Source: Corallochytrium limacisporum Hawaii (lineage: Eukaryota > Protista > Pluriformea). Taken from it: a DNA stretch of 64,000 nt. The translations under genes and the position numbers were made by a program. This document shows, piece by piece, positions 20,127 to 33,393 of this stretch (within the stretch, counting starts at the first letter, position 1; each line of letters begins with the position of its first letter). Location of the stretch: positions 73,431 to 137,430 of the forward strand of contig PDIP01000063.1 of NCBI GenBank assembly GCA_002811645.1. The letters are read 5' to 3'. The notes under the pieces are model-generated. The model made no database searches, was not told the origin of the DNA, and was given only the letters and a program-made list of their open reading frames with translations.

Positions 20127-22385
20127 TCATTTCTTCTTGCCAGTGGCGGCGGGCTCCTGTCGACCCTGATCCTCCATGTGCTGCTTGATTGCATCCTGCA
20201 GCACATCCTGCGGCGCAGGTGCATGATGTGAGTATTCCATGGCAAATTCACCCTTGCCCTGGGTACTGGAGCGCAGATCGGTAGAGTAGCCAAACATCTG
20301 AGCCAGCGGAATGTCAGAGTAGACCACGACAAAGCCATCTTGACTGGCGGTCTCCTTGATAATGCCACGGCGCTGATTGACCTGGGAAATGAGTGTTCCC
20401 TGGAACTCTTCCGGGGCGCTGATCTCGACCGACATGATGGGTTCGAGCATCTGTACATTCTCCTTCTTGAACGCATCACGCACAGCTCCGCGGGTTGCTA
20501 GGTTGAAAGCCAGTTCAGACGAATCCACAGCATGAGCAGCACCGTCCTTCAACACCATTGCGACACCAGTGATCGGCTGTCCCGTCAGGTAGCTCTTCTG
20601 GCAGGCTTCCATCCAGCCCTTCTCGATCGCTGGTACGTAGTTGGGAGGGATGTTGTTGCCCACCAGTTCGTTGACAAATTCGAGTTCGCCAGAGCGTTCC
20701 GGAGCCAGGGGAACCAGTTCGCCCTGAATCTTCGCATACTGACCGGCACCGCCAGACTGTTTCTTGTGTACATAGTCCACCGGTACGGCGCGGTTCAGGG
20801 TCTCTTTGAAGGCCACGCGTGGCTTGCCGACGACGCATTCTGCGCCATACTCGCGCTTCAGACGTTCAGTGTAGATCTGAAGGTGGAGCTCGCCCATGCC
20901 GGAGATAATGGTCTCCTTGGAGTCGGGATCAATGTGCATGCGGAAGGTCGGATCTTCCTTCTGGAAGCGGGTAATACCCTTGAACATCTTATCACGGTCA
21001 TCAGTTGAGTTGGGTTTGATGGAGAGGCTGATCACGGGGTCGGGAACAAAGATGTTCTCGCAGGAAAGGGGCAGGTCAGCAGTGAAGGTGTCACCAGAGA
21101 AACAATCGAGTCCAAAGATGGCGCCCAGCTCACCGGCGTCCAGAGACTGAACGTCCTCCATTTCGTCGGCATGCATGCGTACCAAACGGCTGATGCGCAC
21201 CTTCTGCTTGCGGTTCGTATTCATGAGCATATCACCGCGTTTGATTTTGCCCTGGTACACACGCAAGTAGGTCAGTTGGCCATATTTGGATTCCTCAAGT
21301 TTAAAGGCGAGACCGACGAAGCCCTTGTCACTGCCGCGATTACCGTCCAGCGCCACCTTGACCAGATTATCATCGGTGGAGGCACTCTGATCAATGGCCA
21401 GGTTTTCTACTTCCAGGGGATTGGGGAGATAGTCCACCACCGCATCCAGCATGGGCTGCACACCAACGTTCTTGAGTGCCGTGCCCATGAACACGGGCAT
21501 GAACTCCCTTGCAATGACCTGGCGACGGATGGCAGCCTTGAGCTCGTCCAAAGGTGGCTCCTCGTCCATCAGGTAGTACTCTTCCATCTTCTCGTCCACA
21601 TTTGCCAATGCACCAATCATCTCGTGGCGGTGCTCCTTAGCCTCGGCCAGCATGTCCTCTGGAATCTCTTGAACAGTCACATTCTCACCGTAGTCACCCT
21701 CAAAGTGCAGAGCCCGCATCTCGATCAGGTCAATCAAACCCTTCAGATGGGTCTCCCGGCCAATGGGCAGCATAACAGCCGCGGCATTGCGGCGCAGTTT
21801 GCTCTTAATCTGCTCCACCACCCGCAACGGGTTCGCACCCATGCGATCCAATTTATTGATGAAGCCAATGGCGGGGACATTGTAGCGCTTCATCTGACGA
21901 TCCACTGTCATGGTTTGGCTCTGAACGCCACCGACCGAGCACAGCACCATCACGGCACCGTCCAGCACACGCAGACTGCGCTCCACTTCGATGGTGAAGT
22001 CGACGTGACCGGGAGTGTCAATAATGTTGATGTTGTAGTCCCGCCATTTGGTGTAGGTAGCAGCAGACTGGATGGTAATGCCCTTCTCCCGTTCCAATTC
22101 CATGGAGTCCATCTTAGCACCAACGCCATCCTTTCCGCGCACTTCGTGGATCTTTGAGATGCGGCCGGTGTAGAACAGAACACGTTCGGTGAGGGTAGTT
22201 TTACCGGAGTCAATGTGGGCACTGATACCGATGTTGCGGACCCGTTCCACATCCAGGAGTTCCTTGTCGTCCGCGTTCTTGACAGCACCAGCAGCGGAAG
22301 CGTAGAAGCGGGGAGATGCAACCAAAGCCCGCAGTCCCACGGCCCGCTGTCCCACTGAGACAGAAGTACGGTAGAGTCCCAGCAT
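20127..22385 (-). CDS. GFM1: Mitochondrial elongation factor G1
   Basis: RNIGISAHIDSGKTT, MDSMELEREKGITIQSAAT, DTPGHVDF, NKLD, GMGELHL, HKKQSGGAGQY and LRSSTQGKGEF. Presequence-like N-terminus. Confidence 0.97.
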   Translation of the reverse strand: MLGLYRTSVSVGQRAVGLRALVASPRFYASAAGAVKNADDKELLDVERVRNIGISAHIDSGKTTLTERVLFYTGRISKIHEVRGKDGVGAKMDSMELEREKGITIQSAATYTKWRDYNINIIDTPGHVDFTIEVERSLRVLDGAVMVLCSVGGVQSQTMTVDRQMKRYNVPAIGFINKLDRMGANPLRVVEQIKSKLRRNAAAVMLPIGRETHLKGLIDLIEMRALHFEGDYGENVTVQEIPEDMLAEAKEHRHEMIGALANVDEKMEEYYLMDEEPPLDELKAAIRRQVIAREFMPVFMGTALKNVGVQPMLDAVVDYLPNPLEVENLAIDQSASTDDNLVKVALDGNRGSDKGFVGLAFKLEESKYGQLTYLRVYQGKIKRGDMLMNTNRKQKVRISRLVRMHADEMEDVQSLDAGELGAIFGLDCFSGDTFTADLPLSCENIFVPDPVISLSIKPNSTDDRDKMFKGITRFQKEDPTFRMHIDPDSKETIISGMGELHLQIYTERLKREYGAECVVGKPRVAFKETLNRAVPVDYVHKKQSGGAGQYAKIQGELVPLAPERSGELEFVNELVGNNIPPNYVPAIEKGWMEACQKSYLTGQPITGVAMVLKDGAAHAVDSSELAFNLATRGAVRDAFKKENVQMLEPIMSVEISAPEEFQGTLISQVNQRRGIIKETASQDGFVVVYSDIPLAQMFGYSTDLRSSTQGKGEFAMEYSHHAPAPQDVLQDAIKQHMEDQGRQEPAATGKKK

Positions 22386-22766
22386 AGCAGGGCTGTACTA
22401 TACTTTCTTTAAGAGCTGTTTAATAGAGGGATAACCCTCCCCTTTTTAACGTTTTGTTTGTGGTGGGACGATTGCGTCTTGCAACACGGACAGTCATGAT
22501 CTCAAGTACCTACTCAAAAAAATAAACCACTCACACCGGACCAACGTTCAGGGTGAAAGTGGGGTTCCAAAATTCAACGTCCTACCGTTCACAAGGTTCT
22601 CCAATCTCCCGTAAACAAAATTTGAATTCTCTTTTCACATCTCTCTGGCTGTGTCTCTTGCCACCACCCCACCTCCCTCCTCCTGCAGTGTGTGGTAGCG
22701 TGCCCCGTCTGTGCGTGTGCGTGCGTGTGTGCGCTCTGAAAACCCTTGCTCCGTGGCTGTCTCTTC

Positions 22767-22769
<3 letters not shown>

Positions 22770-22816
<47 letters not shown>
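22770..22816. repeat. (CT)n microsatellite
   Basis: Uninterrupted CT run upstream of GFM1. Confidence 0.95.
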
Positions 22817-22820
<4 letters not shown>

Positions 22821-23488
22821 CTTGCGTGTGCCTGCCTGGAACTACCACCGTATCCCGCAAGGGCTTTTATCCGCTTGGGCCTGGGGCAGAACCTGAGAGA
22901 TGGGGGCCTCGACGGGCGGAGGGAGGGTTTTTAAGAGCGGAGCCTAGGGCACTTTCGGTGAACACGCGGTTTTCCTCACTTTTTTTTTCCTTTTATTTTT
23001 TTTTTCTCGCGGGTCTCTTCTCTACTGCCTTGGGCGACCCCCCCCCACTGCCGTCCCCCGGGGACCGGTGGTGGTGGTGGGTACGGAGCGGGATGGAAAA
23101 AAAAGGAAATCCATTCTGTTTTGATTCGGTATGCACCCGAACCACCCGACGGTAGTGTTTTTACATAGAAGAACCGGGGGAAGAAGGGAAATATATTTCC
23201 GTTTGCTTAGGGAGAGACGTACCCCACCTCCTCACCAATATTATCATTTATCACTCCGCGTCTTGTCCGTAGTGAAAGTGTTGGCTTGCTACCTCCCCGC
23301 GGGGAATGTGGGGCAAGCGATCAATACACTGATATCAGATTGGGGGGTGGGTGGGTCAAAAGGGAATGAATATGCGCGCGTGCGTGTATATACATATATA
23401 TTTATATGAATCTATGTTGGTGAATGATCTGCAGTGACGGTTGATTGGACAAGCTTGACAAAAACAATGTACGCTGGCCGCGGAATTT

Positions 23489-24787
23489 TCAACGGCCTTG
23501 TGTGCTACGACCCAGGGTATGATACGCGTTTTTGAAGTTCATATCCAGCGCCCGCGTTAGATCAGCTCCTTTGCTCACCAACAGGTTTTCCATATCTTTG
23601 CTCTTGTTGTTGAGGGCATAGTATAGTGGAGTGCATCCGAATCCATCCTCGTCGTCGGCCCTGACACCCTTGGCGACCAAGAGATCCTTGGCCAATTCCA
23701 GATTGTCGTGCATAGCCGCATAGTGGACGCAAGTCATTTTCGCATTGTCCTTGGCACACACGTTGCAGCCACGTTCGAGCAAGATACGGACAACGGCCTC
23801 CGCATCCACAGCACAGGCCATGAGCAAAACGGTCTGACCCTTGTTATTCCTAGTCTCTAACAGCTTGCGCATGAGCTCCGCCTGATGCGGCGTCAAACCT
23901 CCCGGGGCCGCCTTGCTGTTGTCCGAAGCAGCTATCACCCTGCAGCTCGATATGATGCTATTGCTCAGATTTGTAAGCTCTTCGCTCTCTCCGTCGTCAC
24001 GACTCGGTGACGAAGTTGGCGTGGAATTTCCGGAACCCATTGGAACATGCTGTTGCTGTTGCTGTTGTAGTTGTTGTTGTTGGTGGTGGTGGTGATGGTG
24101 ATGGTGCTGTTGCTGGTGTGTCTGAGTGGACTGCTGTGGTGGTAGCTGCTCGCTGCCCAGTTCTGGTGACTTCAAGCTCCCGCTGCGGGAGGTAGTGATA
24201 GTCGTGGTAGTCGTGAGGGTTGCGTCCCCACTGTTTCGTGGGCTACTCGGGTTCGACCGGAAACCGAGAGAGGTCCGTAGCGAGCGGGCCCTCGTTGGCG
24301 TCGCCTGCTTGGGCGGTCGATACGTGATCGCTGCATAGAGAAGCCGCTCGAGTGTCTGCATGGGATCCACCGTCATCAACGCTTCGTGCATAGCAGTGTT
24401 GCCGTGGGACTTTTCAGTGATGGTCAGGAGCTCAAAACTGGCATCCATATCGAGCAGAGTGACCACCGCCTCCGTATCCTCCAGGCAAACAGCCAACATC
24501 AGTGGCGTGAAGCCGTCAATGTTCTGGCCCCGGGCCAGCGGTCGAACGTTCGATGCTTTGCAGAGAAGCTCCAGCGCGTCCTGTGCGTGGTGCTTGACGG
24601 CCGTGTGCAAGAGGTTGTCCCCGTTCTTATTTATATGCTTTAGGGCCATGATGGGCAGTTGTTGACCTCCGCTGCCGTTCTTACTGGAACCGATGTCTGC
24701 AAAGATCCTCTCCATGCCCGGACAGTCATTGCTCTGTACGCAAGAGTCCAGCTCTTGCATAATCTTTTGACTTTGATTATTCCCCAT
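23489..24787 (-). CDS. Ankyrin-repeat protein with putative N-myristoylation signal
   Basis: Ankyrin repeats GDNLLHTAV, GFTPLMLAV, GNTAMHEAL, GQTVLLMAC, KMTCVHYAA and GCTPLYYAL. It starts MGNNQS and has a central poly-T/H/Q insert. Confidence 0.92.
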   Translation of the reverse strand: MGNNQSQKIMQELDSCVQSNDCPGMERIFADIGSSKNGSGGQQLPIMALKHINKNGDNLLHTAVKHHAQDALELLCKASNVRPLARGQNIDGFTPLMLAVCLEDTEAVVTLLDMDASFELLTITEKSHGNTAMHEALMTVDPMQTLERLLYAAITYRPPKQATPTRARSLRTSLGFRSNPSSPRNSGDATLTTTTTITTSRSGSLKSPELGSEQLPPQQSTQTHQQQHHHHHHHHQQQQLQQQQQQHVPMGSGNSTPTSSPSRDDGESEELTNLSNSIISSCRVIAASDNSKAAPGGLTPHQAELMRKLLETRNNKGQTVLLMACAVDAEAVVRILLERGCNVCAKDNAKMTCVHYAAMHDNLELAKDLLVAKGVRADDEDGFGCTPLYYALNNKSKDMENLLVSKGADLTRALDMNFKNAYHTLGRSTQGR

Positions 24788-25777
24788 GGTAGAAAGTTTA
24801 CTGTGTTCTTTTTTTCCCGTTCACTTGCTTTCCACCCAAGATTTCTTTTCTTCCCGGAAGGAAGTACTCAGTTTCAGATTGGACAGACCATTCACTAATC
24901 CCTTCCTTTGGATGTCCAATTGCTCATTTATTCTCACGTCCACAAATGTGTAGAATTCTGCTATGCAGTCATTTCACGAACCTTTCCAAGAAATAAATAA
25001 GAAACCGAATGAAAGCTCTACTAATGATTGTCAGCCAGTCAAAGCCCATGTGTGTCCCACTCTCGTCGAAGTACCCTGCCGGTCGTCCCATGTCAGGATG
25101 ATCACGAAACAAAACGAACCAGTAGTGGGATCTGGGCTTTGTTCTTTTGGGAGTTCAAAGACACTTTCCCGAGCTCACACCCGCATCAGCTCCAAACCAA
25201 GACCAAAACGGCACGCCCAAAAAAACACACAACCCAAAACGATGAAATGGCAAATTTTCCGGAAAGCAAGCCCCAAAACACGGAGAGCCGAAAGGAAACG
25301 GAACACTCACCGACCCTCCCCCCTCTCTCTCTCTCTCTCCCTATTCCCCCCATCCCTCCCTTCCCACTCTCTCTCTCTCTCTCTCTCTATTCTCTCCCTT
25401 CGCACACACAAGCCAAAAAAACACACTCACTCACACAAAAATGCCAGAGAAGGGAGAGGGCACACCCCTCGCACGGGGGAGAACCACGGACCACCCAACT
25501 TTTCTTTTTTTTCTTTCCCCTTCCCCCCCTCCTTTTACCCACTACCGCAGGCCGGGAAAAGAAACCCCTCCCGGGAAAAAAGTGAAAGAAAGAAAAGAGA
25601 AAAGAGAAAAGGAAAAAAAAACCCACGGGGCCTGGGCAAGGGGGAGGGGGGCCGTAGTTGAAAGAACTCACCACCAACCCCCGAGGAAAGGGGGGCAGGG
25701 CAGGGGGGGGGAGGGTATTTCTTGGGATGGGTTAGGAAAGACCCGGACTGCGCGTGAGTGTCTGAGTGTGCGTACGC

Positions 25778-25893
<116 letters not shown>

Positions 25894-26901
25894 CGTGACA
25901 TTCTCTCTCTCCCCCCCCCTTTCCTTCCCTCTGATCCTTTCCTTCGTCGGTGTTCAGCGTCTCGTCCCTTTTTCTGTCAGGGCGCTGTGTGACTGGGGAC
26001 CTGCCGCTGCTGCTGCTGTCCTTTGGCCGCTCTGCGGCTGCTGCTCTGCTGCTGCTGCTGTGGTGGTGGTGGAGGTGGTGGTGTGAGACAGGCAAGGGAG
26101 CATTGCGAGCCCCTATTTCCGTATTGCGCAGACGAAATTGATAAGGCCGGCAGCGTCGCCCACCCCGGAAGAGGCCCAAGAAAACGATTTAACCAGAGAG
26201 CGGGCCAAAAAAACAAAAAAGAAAAGTCCAGGAGCGAGACACATACACAGACACTACACAGAGAGAGAGAGAGAGTGAGTGAGTGAGTGAGAGAATGAGA
26301 GAGATAGCTAGAAAATAGAGAAGCAGAATTAAAAGAGGGGGTTTTTAGAGAGATAAGGAATGCCGTTTATCAGGGTCCTTCGGGGTGATTTTTCATCTGT
26401 GCGTGCGTTTGTGCGTGTGTGTGTGTGTAGAAAATTGAGCCGAATTAATCACGCACCCGTCCGTCCCTACCGAGAGAGCGCACGAATGATTGCGTGAGGC
26501 ACCCTTGGCCCCTTTGGCAGGAGTCGAGGCTGAGAAAAGACACAGCACACACACACACACAGAGGCCCGGGACGTCTCCTCCCTGGCTCTTCTCCCCCTT
26601 TTTCATATACTTTTTCCCTTGTTTCTTTTACGCTTTTGCGCAGAGTGGCAGCAGCAAGTCCGTACACACACACACACTCGCTCCCGGGTCACAAGAACAC
26701 ACAAAAAAGAAAGAAAAAATAACAAAAAATTTGCATTGCGTCCGAACCACTAACCCACCTCCCCCCTCCCCTCCTTCGGGGGAAACACAGGACCCACCCG
26801 GCACAGAGAGAGAGAGTGGTAGTACACCACACACGCTGGAAACTGATCCTGCACCTCCTCCTCCCCCCCGCTGCGGAGATCTCTCTCTCTCTCTCTGCCT
26901 C

Positions 26902-26962
26902 NNNNNNNNNNNNNNNNNNNNNNNNNNNNNNNNNNNNNNNNNNNNNNNNNNNNNNNNNNNNN
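26902..26962. other. Assembly gap within a CT microsatellite
   Basis: Run of N. Confidence 1.
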
Positions 26963-27002
<40 letters not shown>

Positions 27003-27325
27003 CTCTCTCTCTCTCTCTCTGTGAGTAGTTTTTTTTTCGGTTGCAAACGTTCGTGGGGCCGCCGGCCCCTTGGCACGGCCCGTCAGTGGTCCCCCCTCCT
27101 CCCGGCACCAATTCTCCGTCATCGGGGCATATGAAACCATAGCAAAGAATGCTAAAACAACGCATCACACCAAAAAAATCTTCAATTATGAGGAAATGGA
27201 CCGAGAGAATGCCAGCGAACGTTAAACGACGGTGAAGTTTCATTGGCTAGTCCCACCACAAACCCGGCCGAGGGGGGCCCAGCATTACAACAGCGGACAG
27301 TAGGGCCGGGCGGGGGGCTGGCTGG

Positions 27326-27567
27326 NNNNNNNNNNNNNNNNNNNNNNNNNNNNNNNNNNNNNNNNNNNNNNNNNNNNNNNNNNNNNNNNNNNNNNNNNNN
27401 NNNNNNNNNNNNNNNNNNNNNNNNNNNNNNNNNNNNNNNNNNNNNNNNNNNNNNNNNNNNNNNNNNNNNNNNNNNNNNNNNNNNNNNNNNNNNNNNNNNN
27501 NNNNNNNNNNNNNNNNNNNNNNNNNNNNNNNNNNNNNNNNNNNNNNNNNNNNNNNNNNNNNNNNNNN
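27326..27567. other. Assembly gap
   Basis: Run of N flanked by G-rich sequence. Confidence 1.
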
Positions 27568-30500
27568 GGGGGGGCCCTTCCGCTTCCGGGGATGGGAGAA
27601 TGGAAAGAAACGGCAAGACTTGCTTAGATCTCGTCGGGGTCCATGATGGATGATTGAAGAGTGGATGGGAGGGGATGGCGCGGCATCCCTTTGTATGCCA
27701 TGCATGACAATGCATGGCCTAGCTACTGCCCGTCGTCCTTTCTTTCTTTCTTTCTTTATTGAATCGGACGAACAAAATGGCCGGGCCGAATCACGGTAAC
27801 CGTCCCCGAATCTGTGGCTCTCGCTGCCCGCCACCCCGGCGCGGGAGGGGGGCCTGTAACCCTTGCCACACACACACACACACTCTCTCTCTCTCTCTCT
27901 ATCTCTCTCTCATTCTCCGTGTGTACAGTATCTGTCGGCCTACGCACTTTTATGCGAACAGTGCCACAACCAAGACTCTCTCCTTCTCTTTCCCCCCCCC
28001 TTCTTCCTCTCCCTTTTTTATTTGCCCTCGCTCCTTAAGCTTTTATCCGGCTTCTATTTTTCCAAGGAAATTAACAACCCACTCGGCTCAAGGAGGTCGG
28101 GTTTCCACCCGGCCCGGTCCATGCTTATCCGTTTATGTCCTCTCTTCACTGTCTGTTGTTGGGCACACACACATCCCTACCCGATTGATTCTATGTTAAA
28201 AGGTTGTGTCTCTCTCTCTCTCTTTTTTCCTGTTGTGTGTGTGTGTGTTTGTGTCCATGGAGCGTATATGAATCTCTCTGTTCCTTTCTCTATGTCTTGG
28301 TTTCTTGGTGGTATGTTACCTGGGCGTCTGTACGGTTGTCTCGCTCTCTCTCTCTCTCGCTCTCTCGCTCTCCCCTCTCTCTACACTCCCACCCACCACC
28401 ACCACCGGACTGGCCTATTAATTTATCCGAAGTGTCAAGCGTTAGCCAAAACAGGAGACATAGGAAATTCCATAGTAAATGAGTGATCGAAAAATCTAAG
28501 GAATGGTGCAGTATGCGGGGGAAAAAGCTTTTTGGGTACTGGGAAGGCAGGCCTGCCTGACTGCCCTTGCCCTTGCTTGCTCTAGCTCCCCTTCCGCCCT
28601 TCCTCCAAAAGAGCAAATTCACTTAAATTTTGTAATGCGTCACCTCCTCTCTCCCTTCCACCTCATCCACCCCGCGCGGGGGGGGGTTTATACTCACTAT
28701 AGAGTTTCTTCTTCCTAAACCACCACACAGCACTCACCAACAACAACCAAACATCCCCCCTGCGCTTAACGGCGGTTTTCATTACGGGAATCTTTCGTGC
28801 TTTTAAGCGTGTGATGGATGATGGGATGCGTTTGTTAATTTTCTTTTGTGTTTCTTTATGCTTTCGTTTTCGTCTTTTGGGTCACAGGTATGGTAGTAGA
28901 AGTACCAAATATGTACCGTTGATCTGGTTCCTTTGACCCTCCCTTCTCGCCTGCTTTTTTTCTTACCTTCTCCCTTTCTCTCAATATTGAGTTTTCTTTT
29001 TGGGCTGCTGCTGCTGCTGCTGCTGGTGGTGCTGCTGTTGGTGCTGGTGGTGGTGGTGCTGAGGCAGCCAAGCCATTTTTCTTAGTGGTGCTTGCGTTGG
29101 CTTTGCTTTGACTTTTGCTTTCGCTGCGCTCCTTGCCGTGTTTTGCTACGTGGGTGTGTATGTGTCTCGCTCTTTCTAACTAACTAACAAAGTAGCTAAC
29201 CAAGTCCCTTTTTTCTATTTCTTTTTCTGTTTATGTTAATTGTTCTGACTCTTTGCTCGTCGCTGGCCCTAAGTTTTAAAATGGCCATCCATCCCTACCT
29301 ACCTACCTACCCCCTCCCCTTTCCTCCCGGGCGGGTCTTCCCTTTGCCCCTCTGGTACTTTTATTACCGGGACACCCACCCAAACGGCATCCGAAAACAC
29401 GATGACATTTGCACATTCCACAGTGGACCCTTCCGTGATCCTAGCAATCCCCATTTCAGTATATAATGTACTTAATATTATTGGAAGGATTGGCTTCGTT
29501 GCGTAAAAACTGGTCTGAGTTCGACCGCTAAAGTCCAAGGTACGAAATGGGGGAGGACCGGACAGTGGTTAATGCGGTGGGCCGTGCGCTGAGGGGAGTG
29601 GGGGGGGGGGGTTTAGGGTTAGGTGAAAATGAATGAAAGTTTTATACAAAACCCAAACGAAAAAAAAAAAATAGAATGAGCCCAGAGAGAGAGTGAGAGA
29701 GAGTGGCGGAGTGGAAAGTCCTTGTTTGTGCTGCCTCCCTTTTTTTTTTCCGTCTTGTCCTTCCGTCCGTCTTGTCCGGTTCAACGTCCACGCACACTCC
29801 CGCCCGCCCGCACCCGCCTGACTGACAGCCGGCGTGAGGAGGAGGAAGAGGTTTAGTTTTTTTTGTTTCTTGGACCAATTTCCTTATTTTTTTCTTGCCC
29901 TTAAAAAAAGCAAAAGGTGAAAAACTACCGCAAAAGAAATGTAAAAAAAAGGAAGGGGAATGAAATAGTGAAAGAGTTCAAGCAGTGAGTTTTTAAGGAG
30001 CTGAAAAGAAAAAATTCATTGTGCAGAGAAAATAAAAGAAAATTTTCCACCGCGGATGATTTTATCAGTGCGTTGGGTACTGGAGCCAAACGGAGGGTGC
30101 TTCGTGGCCTTGCGCCAACCAACCAACCAACCAACCCTTCCCTTCACGGCCCGCCCTCCTGTCCTGCTGCGTCCCTTTCTCCCTCGCCCCCCCCCCTCCC
30201 CTCCCTCCTTTTTTTTTCTTTTTTCTGCTGTACTGCGCCCCTAACGTCGTCCACGGGGATGAAAGGAGGGATGGGTTGTTGAAATCATCATCGATCTAAA
30301 GGGGTTGGACAGACCGACACGCACGCACACACAGAGAGAAAGCCTCTGGTGTGGTGGTGTTTGATGAACTACTACTACTACTACTACTACTACTACAACA
30401 ACACGCAACACATACACAACACTCGCGAAGCCCTAAACCTTGCCCCCACCCAACCCCAACCCCAAGACACTTTTACCACGGGAGCGAGATCAGCCCCGCG

Positions 30501-31403
30501 CCGTCTCCACCATCACTAAAACAACTCTATCCCCCCCCAATCCCTTCCTCATGCATTCATCACCATCCATCATCACAATCACAAGGTCCCATCGCAACGC
30601 ATTCCATCATTTACAACACACACACCAAAACGAAACCACCCCGACCAATTCCTGGGCAAATTGTAAAAAAAGTAAAAAAAAAAAGGGAGAAGAGAAAATT
30701 CCAGTGATAATTTCACGCCGATGAGCATTTGATCCTTTCTCGCCTCTCTGTTCGTTTTATTCTAGTTTTTTTGCTCGTCGGGCAGTCTTTGGATATTGCA
30801 AAGCCGCACCGCGCGCGCGGCACATCAAAACCCGGCAAAAACACACGCAGTGAAAATAAAAGAAAAAAAAAACAAAAGTCTAAAACCGTGCCCAAAGGTT
30901 TGAAATAGTACTAATTAAATAGAAAAAAGCCAACGCAATGGACCCATGCGGTATGATGAATCTTGGGGTTGTTTTCATCACTTGTGATTTAGGGGGGTGG
31001 GGCGTTCGTTCGTTTTGCTTTTTGGTTGCTTCTCCGGCATCTCAGACGCAGTAGAGAACCACAAGGAGAAGGGGAAGGGGGGCGCGAATGGGAACCGGTC
31101 GATCACAGTAACAAGCATGTGCGTTCGTTGCTCTGTGTTTTCTCACCTCGATCTCTCCCACTGTGTGCAAGCAGCAAGAAAGAAGCACATGGTGAGTGGT
31201 GGCAAGTAAGCTTACAACCAAAGGACGTGTGTGCCTCACTTTGGCATCGCATCACGATGTTGTTCCGATCGTTTTCCCGTCTGCCTTCTTTCGGTGAGCA
31301 GAGCGGTGTCGGGGTGGGTGTGGGTGTGACTATCGGTTTCTGTGTTTTTTTGGCAGTCATGTCCTTTCAAATGTCTGCAAGTGTTTCTTGACAGCGAGAT
31401 CAC

Positions 31404-31500
31404 CACACACACACACACACACTCACTCACTCACTCACACATACATACATACATACATACATACATACATACATACATACATACATACATACATACACAC
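31404..31500. repeat. Compound (CA)n(ACTC)n(ACAT)n microsatellite
   Basis: Seen directly in the sequence. Confidence 0.95.
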
Positions 31501-32589
31501 ATGTACACGCATCACAGGGATCTCCGCCCAAGGCCCCACAGAAAAGAAAAAAGCCAGTGTCGGAGGGCCCGCCCGCAGGCCGGCCCTCCCCACGCGGGTT
31601 TTCGTCGATGGCGAGAGAGGCGGGACCTGCTTGAAGTGGTGATGAAAAAGTAAGGCACAGCGGCGAGACAAGACCCAAGCACGACGACGTACCGATGCAA
31701 CACACTCTCGGCCGGCTTTTGCTCAGATGCCGCGATGAGGCAAAGTGCCTGGGGAAACCGGCGGCGGTGTAAAACCGAATGATTCCTGCGGCGCCTTCCC
31801 CACTTGCGGTGACTGGGCATGCTCATGCATTGCTATTCTTTGCTTATGCCGGTTTGATTGTGAATGTTTGTGACATGGTAGTACAGACGACGAGAAGAAG
31901 AGGTAGCATGATGGTGATGATGTTATGTGTGATGTGTTTTTCCGTGTTGTGGGATGCGCATGGATTCCACGCTGTTCTCGCAACGTCGTTCGTCCGGAGA
32001 ACCCGAGAGTCGCACATACCCGAGATCTTTCTGTTGCTTTTCGACAAGCACCCGCTCATCACCTTTTAACTTCAAAGTTTCCAAAAATACCAAAGCCCGG
32101 TGGCGGCGCTTGCCCCTGTGTGGGTTCCGAAACCACTCTTTCACTTTCGACTACGCGCCCCCCCCCCGCCCCGTTTCCACTCGTGGACGACCGAGGGTGG
32201 TCAACGAAAGGCGAGACATCTTGCCAAGTCGTGCCGAGTCTGCGCAGTCTTTTTCCCCCAACCAGCGCGTTCGGACTTCAGGGCTCCCGGTCCGTACTCC
32301 AAAGAGCATTTGGTGGAGATCGTAGTAATCAATGTGATCTCCGTCCAGCTCACTTGTTCGGTTTGTTTTTGAGGGTTTTTTTTTTAATTCTTTATCCTCC
32401 GTAGCTCTGGATTTGTATTTCTGTTTTGATTTGCGCACACTCACACACTCACACAACAATCTCTCTCGATGCAGGTATTTTTGTTCCGGGCGTTGGGTTG
32501 CGAACGAGTAGGAGGTTGGAAACGTATGCTACATATATTGACCGCACTATGTGACGGCCCAGGATAACGGCCCTCGAGATCCAACTTCT

Positions 32590-33264
32590 ATGGCAGACGG
32601 CAGTGGTCCACCGAGGGAGGCACCGGCCGTACCATGGACGGTGGTCATTCACGCCTTTCTGCTGGCCGGAAAAGTACCGGAACTGATCGCTTTGCACACA
32701 GTCCTAACTTCGGCGACAAACTTGGATCTGGCGCAGCAGGTCCTGCTGAATGTCCATGGTTTCTACAGTTTGCGGCGGGGGAGCAGTGCCGGGAATCTCT
32801 ACTTTACGTCCGTGCAGTACGCACTGCTCGCGCTCCTGGCTCTCGTGCCGTGGCTGAAACTGGGTGGCACCACACGTGCTCGGGACACGGCTTGGTCAAA
32901 AGCGTTGCGCACAGGCGTGTGCGCCACAGTCCTGGCCACTCAGCTGGTTTGGATCGAGCCGGCGGTTGCCGGCTTCACTGATGAGCGCATGCGCGCCACT
33001 TCGTTCGAAGATCCGGCCTTGGTCCGTGCGCTGCTTTCCCAGCTTGGGCTTGTGTACAATGCGGTGCTTATTCAGATCGGTTGCCTCGCTATTGGTGCCA
33101 TGCACGTGCTGCGACACCACTACGGTGGACTTGCAGATCAGCACGACGCATATGTCGCAGCGACGCGGAACGCGGATCTTCAGAAGAGAAGGAAAGAGTA
33201 CGACCGTGCTCGGGTCTCAGTCAGGTCGAGGACCCAGACCCAGTCGGCGGCTGCGACCAGCTGA
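32590..33264 (+). CDS. Small multi-pass membrane protein, weakly DUF4149/TMEM205-like
   Basis: About 224-aa ORF with roughly 4 hydrophobic segments. LATQLVWIEP resembles the TMEM205 'xxWLEP' helix. Basic C-terminal tail. Confidence 0.65.
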   Translation: MADGSGPPREAPAVPWTVVIHAFLLAGKVPELIALHTVLTSATNLDLAQQVLLNVHGFYSLRRGSSAGNLYFTSVQYALLALLALVPWLKLGGTTRARDTAWSKALRTGVCATVLATQLVWIEPAVAGFTDERMRATSFEDPALVRALLSQLGLVYNAVLIQIGCLAIGAMHVLRHHYGGLADQHDAYVAATRNADLQKRRKEYDRARVSVRSRTQTQSAAATS

Positions 33265-33393
33265 GATTTCTGGTCGTTTAGAAGACATGCGTTTTAACCC
33301 ATAAACACTAAAGATAAAGAACATTCATATTCCCACCATGTTCTCATTCCTTGCCTTTTTGAAGCCGCGTCCGCTGTACACCTCCCGTATTAC

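Noticed and set aside
21171-22157. 328-aa plus-strand ORF
   Set aside because: Antisense shadow of GFM1.
31650-32070. Coding-like patch that might be another retroelement or gene relic
   Set aside because: I could not find two or more ordered motifs in any frame.
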